A stretch of DNA of 64,000 bases from a virus. The stretch is taken from IMG/VR virus record IMGVR_UViG_3300030104_004476, positions 2,409-66,408 of that record. One strand, written 5' to 3'. The position numbers and the translations under genes were made by a program. A model generated the notes under the pieces. It made no database searches. It worked only from the letters and a program-made list of their open reading frames with translations, and had not been told where the DNA came from. Positions 58,355 through 64,000 of this stretch are shown one piece after another; positions within the stretch are counted from its first letter, which is position 1, and each line of letters begins with the position of its first letter.

Positions 58355-58879
58355 ATGGAATATATGTCAACAGAAATTAGATCAGCGCGAGAAGCAATGA
58401 CTATCTTCAAGATACTAGGTATCAAAGAGATTACAACAGATCGCCAACGTAAAAACGGTACTCAAGTATTTGAACTACCAATTAAGCAAATGTATCAAAA
58501 CTTATTGCCAAAACCTTTGCGTTTTGCTACATATAAAGCAGGTTATGTTAGAAACGTAAGTCCTTATAACTCAAGTCCTTACCAAATTAACAAGACTAAA
58601 AAGCGACCAGCAGGTACAAATGGCTATCACTTTGAAACAATAGAGCGTATACTAATACCAAGCTGGGAAGAGCGATTAATATACTTAGCTAAGTTTATTA
58701 TCAAAAACTACTACCAAAAACCTACATACTTGATGAACGACTATGTTATCGAGTGTTTAAAGCAAGAGCGCGAAGTAAATAATGATGCGCTGCAATGGGG
58801 TTACTTTGTTAATCCAGAATCTACACCAGTAGACGATATAAAAGTAATTATTAACGGACATAGATATAATTTATCATGA
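58355..58879 (+). CDS. Early hypothetical protein
   Basis: 174-aa ORF in early cluster. Confidence 0.75.
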   Translation: MEYMSTEIRSAREAMTIFKILGIKEITTDRQRKNGTQVFELPIKQMYQNLLPKPLRFATYKAGYVRNVSPYNSSPYQINKTKKRPAGTNGYHFETIERILIPSWEERLIYLAKFIIKNYYQKPTYLMNDYVIECLKQEREVNNDALQWGYFVNPESTPVDDIKVIINGHRYNLS

Positions 58880-59070
58880 GTAAAACATTAGAAGAAATAA
58901 TAAAAATAGTATCAGAAAGAGCTATTGAAACTATAGACGAAGGTTTATATGAATTAATAGGTAAAGACGAGAGTGATCCAGATGGATTTTATGAAGACTA
59001 TATGGAGTGTTTACCACATATAGTTAAGAATATAAGTAAATTTCAAAATATAGTAGATGAAGAGAATTAG
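58876..59070 (+). CDS. Small acidic early protein
   Basis: ATGA overlap with upstream gene. Confidence 0.65.
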   Translation: MSKTLEEIIKIVSERAIETIDEGLYELIGKDESDPDGFYEDYMECLPHIVKNISKFQNIVDEEN

Positions 59071-59117
59071 AAAAATATTTAAGTACGAACCTAAAATTAT
59101 TAAAACGCTAAAAGAAT

Positions 59118-59276
59118 ATGAGCAAAAAGAGAAAGCTGAACAGCAAAAATCCAAAATACAAAACACAGGCAGAAATAAAAGCAACAACTAAAGATGTTGA
59201 CAAAAAGGTGCTAATTAAAGAGCTAACAAGACAAGGTGTTAAAGGTGTTAAGGTATACGCTACATTTTATAAATAA
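59118..59276 (+). CDS. Small basic early protein (52 aa), not in ORF track
   Basis: MSKKRKLNSKNPKYK...VKVYATFYK. Confidence 0.55.
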   Translation: MSKKRKLNSKNPKYKTQAEIKATTKDVDKKVLIKELTRQGVKGVKVYATFYK

Positions 59277-59455
59277 ACGAGGTGAGGGTGGTAGCGCGTG
59301 AGATGTGTATGTAGTGAATTGGCTCGACTAGTGATAGCAACGAAACTACAATCTTACTCACTTGGCAGAACGGCAGGATAAAGCAAAAGAGATAACAGAC
59401 CACAGGCATGTGCTTGAAACTCAATGAACCACACCTGCCCGACCTCGTTTTATTT
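59271..59455 (+). ncRNA. Unidentified structured RNA, about 185 nt
   Basis: GC-enriched intergenic island; AAACGAGGT/ACCTCGTTT closing stem; GTGAG/CTCAC, TGTAGT/ACTACA and GGCAGG/CCTGCC pairings. Confidence 0.65.
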
Positions 59456-59486
59456 ACAAATAAAATACGAACACTAATGGATAATA
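59455..59486 (+). promoter_or_regulatory. Early promoter-like motif 5
   Basis: TACAAA-taaaa-TACGA-acactaat-GGATAATA. Confidence 0.8.
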
Positions 59487-59512
59487 ATATAAACCAAATA
59501 AAATAAACCAAT

Positions 59513-59713
59513 ATGAATATGAGTTACTGTAGGTTTGAGAATACAGAAAAAGACCTAAATGATTGCCTTTATGCAATAGAAGAAGGAGATTATACAGATT
59601 TATCTTCTTATAGAGAAGAACAAGCTTTAAGAAGTTTGTTTGATACTTGCGAAGCAATACTTGATTACAGAGATGAAGTATTAGAAAAATTAAACTACCA
59701 AAAAAACCAATAA
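59513..59713 (+). CDS. Early hypothetical protein
   Basis: NMSYCRFENT..DL.DC motif common in phage early genes. Confidence 0.75.
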   Translation: MNMSYCRFENTEKDLNDCLYAIEEGDYTDLSSYREEQALRSLFDTCEAILDYRDEVLEKLNYQKNQ

Positions 59714-59714
59714 T

Positions 59715-59906
59715 ATGAAAGACGGTATATATGAAAGCGATAACGCTAGATACTTTGTGCAAAACGGCAAAGTACTTATGAACTTAAAAGGTATTGGCTG
59801 GTACAAAACAACTAAACATTTTAACTTCGGTAAATGGGTATCAGAGTTAAGCTCTGCAATGAGTGTTAATTTTGACAATGCTTATTTAACAGCAAAGCAG
59901 TGGTAA
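59715..59906 (+). CDS. Early hypothetical protein
   Basis: Coupled ORF. Confidence 0.65.
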   Translation: MKDGIYESDNARYFVQNGKVLMNLKGIGWYKTTKHFNFGKWVSELSSAMSVNFDNAYLTAKQW

Positions 59907-60009
59907 TGAGAAGGTTAATATATGATATGTATTACAAAGAAGAAATATCTATGGACATAGCAATGAGACTATTAGATAAATTAACAGAACTTTCAAATAA
60001 AAAACGAAG

Positions 60010-60276
60010 ATGACGGGAGAACAAATAGAAAATTATATTATCAACGAACTTGATAGTGAACCAAGACACAACTGCGAGGCTTTAGCAGAAGCCATAAACC
60101 ATATAGCTAATGAAGTTGAATATGACTCATTTGCTCTTATGCAGTTGTTATTAGAAAATAAACCAATAAATGCCTTGCATACACATAGCTACGGCTTTCA
60201 CACGGCTAACGGTAGGTCGCTAATTGAAGGTATGCAAAATGCTTATTATACCGAAGTACAATTTTATGTCGACTAG
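60010..60276 (+). CDS. Early hypothetical protein
   Basis: In-operon ORF. Confidence 0.65.
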   Translation: MTGEQIENYIINELDSEPRHNCEALAEAINHIANEVEYDSFALMQLLLENKPINALHTHSYGFHTANGRSLIEGMQNAYYTEVQFYVD

Positions 60277-60637
60277 AGCACAAGTTAGATTTGCTACACG
60301 AGAAGAAGGAGTATCGTTTAGTGAACACCCAAAAGTTATACACGCACAGTTTTATGTGCATCACGATGGTTATCCAGAAGGATTAGGTTTGGAAATAGCT
60401 GAGTCATTAACTAAATATAAAAAGATAATGCACTGGGAAATAGAAGAGCTGTTTACTAGACACGGCGATCTTGAGTATGTGTATTATGTGTGGCAACACC
60501 CAATGAAAACTACATGGATTAGTATATTTGAAGAAAAATATAACGAAGATTTGACCAAGTCTGATAAGTGTATATTCGTAGGTGAACCAAGTAATCTTAT
60601 AGATAAATACAAACCTAATACGAATGAGCAAGGATAA
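60266..60637 (+). CDS. Early hypothetical protein (start likely 60266)
   Basis: MSTRA...YVHHDGYPEGLG...HGDLEYVY motif family. Confidence 0.75.
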   Translation: MSTRAQVRFATREEGVSFSEHPKVIHAQFYVHHDGYPEGLGLEIAESLTKYKKIMHWEIEELFTRHGDLEYVYYVWQHPMKTTWISIFEEKYNEDLTKSDKCIFVGEPSNLIDKYKPNTNEQG

Positions 60638-60639
60638 TA
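60608..60639 (+). promoter_or_regulatory. Early promoter-like motif 6, within the 3' end of a gene
   Basis: TACAAA-cctaa-TACGA-atgagcaa-GGATAATA. Confidence 0.75.
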
Positions 60640-60644
60640 TAATT

Positions 60645-60899
60645 ATGACAGATGAACAACTAAGAAAATTAATAGATGGTCTTGCTGATCAAATGGTAAA
60701 ACGTATTTATGGTGTAGCTGAAGAGCAAAGCCAAACTACGTTCTATGCAGACAGAGATGAAGACCACGCTATGGGTGAGTTAGCTAGGCTAATGACACTA
60801 TCAGCTATATACGAAGACAGAGAAGAATATGAAAAATGTGCTGCGATTAAAAAGCATATAGATAAAATAAATAAAATTATAGATAAATATGATGCGTAA
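60645..60899 (+). CDS. UvrB/UvrC-motif protein (start likely 60645)
   Basis: EDREEYEKCAAIKKHI UVR-type motif. Confidence 0.65.
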   Translation: MTDEQLRKLIDGLADQMVKRIYGVAEEQSQTTFYADRDEDHAMGELARLMTLSAIYEDREEYEKCAAIKKHIDKINKIIDKYDA

Positions 60900-61749
60900 A
60901 AAACCAATGCTAGCTTATCCAGTTAGCGACAAACCGATAGATTATACCCAACCTGTATTTATGCAACCAAAGCTTGATGGTGTGCGTTGTCTTATACAAG
61001 CAGAAAAGCTACCATTTGATATGGGCTACGAACCAGTAGCTTATTCACGCACAGGTAAACAGTGGTTAAACATTGAGCATATACTACAAGGTCTTAAACC
61101 TTTCTTTCAAGCTAACCCTAATGTTATACTCGACGGTGAGTTATACAATCATGACTTAAAAGATGACTTCGAGCAGATTATTTCTTGTGTTCGTAAAACT
61201 AAGCCAACTGAAGAACATAGAGCTCAATCAAAAGAGCTTGTACAGTTTCACTGTTATGATATTGTAGATGAAGATGCTGTGTTTGACTGGCGTGCTGATT
61301 TTATCGGCGATGAACTAGAAGAATCTTACTGTGTAAAGCACGTAATGACTACTTACAATATTGATAGCGAAAAACAAGCTAAAGATATTCATCAAGCTAA
61401 TCTTAATAAAGGTTATGAAGGTTCTATTGTTCGTTTAAACGACACATATCAATGCAAGCGTTCACATAGCTTACGTAAGTTCAAAGACTTTCACGATGCT
61501 GAAGCTACACTAACTAGCTGGGTCGAAGGTAAGGGCAAGCGTGTCGGTACTATTGGCAAGTTCATAGCTGTCGATACTGATGGTAATGAGTTTGGTATGC
61601 CAGTTATGGACAATTTCAAAAAGTTACAAACAATGTTCAAAGAAATGCAGTCATGGGTCGGTAAAGAAGCTACGTTCACATACTTCGAGCGTACAAAAGC
61701 TGGCAGTTACAGACATCCATTATTTAAAGCAATACGTGATTATGAATAA
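60889..61749 (+). CDS. ATP-dependent DNA ligase
   Basis: QPKLDGVR, LDGELY, FHCYD, GYEGSIVR, LRKFK. Confidence 0.93.
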   Translation: MMRKKPMLAYPVSDKPIDYTQPVFMQPKLDGVRCLIQAEKLPFDMGYEPVAYSRTGKQWLNIEHILQGLKPFFQANPNVILDGELYNHDLKDDFEQIISCVRKTKPTEEHRAQSKELVQFHCYDIVDEDAVFDWRADFIGDELEESYCVKHVMTTYNIDSEKQAKDIHQANLNKGYEGSIVRLNDTYQCKRSHSLRKFKDFHDAEATLTSWVEGKGKRVGTIGKFIAVDTDGNEFGMPVMDNFKKLQTMFKEMQSWVGKEATFTYFERTKAGSYRHPLFKAIRDYE

Positions 61750-61873
61750 AAAGTTAAAACAAAAAATTAAGGAATTTAATAAAATTAAATATCCTAATGA
61801 TAAATCAAATAGAATTATTATAGCATCGTTAAAACCAAAGGAGACTGTGACAACAGCTCCTAATAATAAGTAG
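61742..61873 (+). CDS. Small basic hypothetical protein (43 aa)
   Basis: Homologue of 516..659. Confidence 0.65.
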   Translation: MNKKLKQKIKEFNKIKYPNDKSNRIIIASLKPKETVTTAPNNK

Positions 61874-61890
61874 TAATAGGCTAATGTCAC
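61847..61890. promoter_or_regulatory. Palindromic element, copy B, overlapping ATG of HTH gene
   Basis: GTGACAacAGC...GGCTaaTGTCAC. Confidence 0.7.
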
Positions 61891-62504
61891 ATAATAGAAA
61901 CCTAACATACCTAAATAAAAATCGTATAATTTATAGACGGTTACCAATAACTGATACACCTACTGTTGAAACAAAAGAGTTTATGTTCTTTGAAAACGGT
62001 ACTTATGAGTGTTATGAGTTGTTTAGATCATCTGCTAAAATAACTACGTATAAATCACTTAAGTGGCATTTGCTTGTTATATGGTATTTGAATCCTCAGC
62101 TTGATCCTGATGACTTTCAAGCTTTAGCAGAATATATAACTTTTAAACCAAATGGTTTTGTTAGCTTTGAAGTTACTGAAAGATTATTAGATAAAATTAT
62201 TTATGGAGTTAGCATGTCTGATTTAGAAAGACCACCAAAAAATAAATTACGTAAAGTTATATTTAAACCATTTACCGGTCTAACTAAAGAAGAAAAATTA
62301 TCTATCGTTGGCCGTTTAGTAGGTCAAAGTCCTAGAGTTTGTTCTGATGATATTTATGCTGTTATGATAGATATGAATGATATGGGCAAAAAAATTACAA
62401 TAGGACGTATCGCAGGTTTGTTAGACTGTTCATCTCGTACTATACATAGACACATGTGCCAAACACTTAAAAAAGAAAAAGAACTATTAAACCAACAACT
62501 ATGA
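61884..62504 (+). CDS. C-terminal HTH DNA-binding protein, allele 2
   Basis: Colinear homologue of 670..1290. Confidence 0.65.
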   Translation: MSHNRNLTYLNKNRIIYRRLPITDTPTVETKEFMFFENGTYECYELFRSSAKITTYKSLKWHLLVIWYLNPQLDPDDFQALAEYITFKPNGFVSFEVTERLLDKIIYGVSMSDLERPPKNKLRKVIFKPFTGLTKEEKLSIVGRLVGQSPRVCSDDIYAVMIDMNDMGKKITIGRIAGLLDCSSRTIHRHMCQTLKKEKELLNQQL

Positions 62505-63253
62505 AAAAATATAATCAAAATAATTTTAGTAGATATAAACAAGATGTTAAAGCCTCGCAACCTAAAACTAAATCTTGGAACGAATATACTCGTGATGAAC
62601 TAATAGTTAAGTTTATGCCTTTGGTAGAAAACATATCACGTAAGTTTAAAGATAGTGATGCTGCAAATGGTGTTGTTTCTTTATCTGATCGTATACAATT
62701 TGGTCATATAGGTTTAATAAAAGCTGTAGATAAAATTGTTTGGAATCAAATAATGACATCAAAAAACCCTGAACGTACTTTAAAATCTTACTTAGCTAAA
62801 CGTATACGTGGTGCAATACGTAGAGCTACTGATGCTAATCGTAGCGGTATGCGTATACCTGAACATAAGTTAAATGAAATACGTAGTGACTTTGAAAACC
62901 CTAGCAACTCTGAACTATTTTTTAACTCTATGTTTCAAAGCATTGACGCTGTAGTTAATGATGAAGATAATATGTTAATGCAAATAGCTGACAACTCTGA
63001 TGATCCGATGAAGAAAGAAAACTTAAGCTATAAACTAAGAGATATAATGTTAAAACAACTTACTGAAAAAGAATATCACGTAATAAGATTATCTTACGGT
63101 ATTGGTTGCGATAAGCTTTCAGCTAAAGAAATAGCAGACAAACTAGATATGAAAGGCACTAGCTCTTATGTACGTGTTTCACAGTTAAAAAAGCAAGCGA
63201 TTGACAAATTAAAAAGAGTGTTAGACCACTCGCAAGTGGTTGACTACCTGTAG
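62501..63253 (+). CDS. Sigma-70 family factor, allele 2
   Basis: Colinear homologue of 1287..2039. Confidence 0.92.
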   Translation: MKKYNQNNFSRYKQDVKASQPKTKSWNEYTRDELIVKFMPLVENISRKFKDSDAANGVVSLSDRIQFGHIGLIKAVDKIVWNQIMTSKNPERTLKSYLAKRIRGAIRRATDANRSGMRIPEHKLNEIRSDFENPSNSELFFNSMFQSIDAVVNDEDNMLMQIADNSDDPMKKENLSYKLRDIMLKQLTEKEYHVIRLSYGIGCDKLSAKEIADKLDMKGTSSYVRVSQLKKQAIDKLKRVLDHSQVVDYL

Positions 63254-63262
63254 GTTACTTAG

Positions 63263-63287
63263 GTAAATAACAGAATTATTATGTAAT
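63263..63287 (+). promoter_or_regulatory. Class-2 promoter-like motif
   Basis: GTAAA-taacagaattatta-TGTAAT. Confidence 0.6.
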
Positions 63288-63315
63288 TATATATATAACT
63301 AAACCAATATACCAG

Positions 63316-63858
63316 ATGAAAGATTTAACTAAAAAATTAGCTGATGTACAAACTAAGTTAAAAGCTAAAAAGTCTTCATACAATAGCTTTGGTAAATATT
63401 ATTTCCGTAAAGCTGAAGACATCCTCGAAGGCGTAAAGCCATTTTTATTACAACACAACATTTACGTAACAACTAGCGAAGAGCTTATTGCTACTGAACC
63501 TATGCCAACACTTAAAGTTACGGCTACGATCAGCGACGGTGATAATGCTATACACGCGTGTGCTGTGGTCGGTGTTGACTTAAATCAAAAAGGTATGCAG
63601 ACATCTCAACAGTTTGGTGCTGCATCTACTTACGGTAAAAAATATGCTCTTGGTAATTTATTTCTTATTGACGATACTGAAGATGCTGATGCTACTAATA
63701 AACACAGTAAAGCTCAACAAGTTCAAGCTAAAGCTAAAACTAAAATAACTAAAGAGCAAATGGAAAAAGCTGTTGAGTTTGTAAAAGGTGGAGGATCAGT
63801 TGATGCTATTAAAAAGAAATATGAATTAACATCAGCGCAAATTAAACAACTAGCGTAA
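63316..63858 (+). CDS. ERF-family annealing protein, allele 2
   Basis: Homologue of 2111..2653. Confidence 0.9.
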   Translation: MKDLTKKLADVQTKLKAKKSSYNSFGKYYFRKAEDILEGVKPFLLQHNIYVTTSEELIATEPMPTLKVTATISDGDNAIHACAVVGVDLNQKGMQTSQQFGAASTYGKKYALGNLFLIDDTEDADATNKHSKAQQVQAKAKTKITKEQMEKAVEFVKGGGSVDAIKKKYELTSAQIKQLA

Positions 63859-64000
63859 TGACAAAAGAAATTTACACTAAACTAAGAGACGACGAACACT
63901 ACTACGGTGACTTTGGTAAACAGTTTTTAAGCAACTCGGATATAAGTGTACTGCTTAAAAATCCTAAAGACTTGCATAAGCCAAGACCTAGTAGTCCTGC
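63858..64000 (+). CDS. PD-(D/E)xK exonuclease allele 2, truncated by window end
   Basis: MTKEIYTKLRDDEHYYGDFGKQFLSNSDI homologous to 2653. Confidence 0.88.
   Translation, partial: MTKEIYTKLRDDEHYYGDFGKQFLSNSDISVLLKNPKDLHKPRPSSP

Larger units (their letters stand above)
61690..64000 (+). repeat. Diverged direct repeat, copy 2 (lacks the glycosylase gene)
   Basis: Homologous to 1-2795. Confidence 0.95.

Noticed and set aside
59310-59350. Second hammerhead (TGTAGT...CGAAACTACA)
   Set aside because: GAAA and a stem III-like pairing are present but there is no CTGANGA core
56610-60639. Repeated 32-bp motif as a CRISPR or mini-array
   Set aside because: Copies are hundreds of bases apart, separated by genes, with variable internal spacers; this fits promoters
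927-62560. Short antisense or out-of-frame ORFs in the track (e.g. 927, 7753, 22184, 35571, 47197, 55138, 59260, 59454)
   Set aside because: They shadow well-supported genes or the structured RNA and lack leaders or motifs
1-64000. Stop-codon reassignment, tRNA genes, integrase
   Set aside because: Genes are intact and densely packed in the standard code; no cloverleaf or recombinase motifs seen by eye

Overview
The window is a complete, roughly 61.2 kb, AT-rich podovirus-like genome of a Bacteroidota (probably marine Flavobacteriia) phage. It runs on into a diverged second copy of its first ~2.8 kb. The + strand carries early genes (56.6-61.9 kb) and replication/nucleotide genes (0-10.9 kb). 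The - strand (56.4 to 10.9 kb) carries small basic proteins, GroEL/GroES, terminase, portal, capsid, tail and ejection proteins, a T9SS/outer-membrane module and lysis genes. No DNA or RNA polymerase, tRNA, integrase or CRISPR array was recognised. The leading candidate for a new system is a 2723-aa putative ejected polyprotein. It has an HExxH protease followed by modules bounded by repeated (F/Y)SK motifs, one of which is a ~310-aa sigma-70-like factor. It co-occurs with six perfectly conserved early promoter-like motifs (TACAAA-N5-TACGA-N8-GGATAATA) and a second promoter class that may be read by the stand-alone sigma. Other highlights are a hammerhead ribozyme, a ~185-nt structured RNA, four copies of a ~45-bp palindrome tied to an HTH gene, a dCMP-type thymidylate synthase homologue beside MazG-like genes, and a phage-encoded T9SS cargo operon. 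All family assignments come from motif recognition by eye; no database searches were run.
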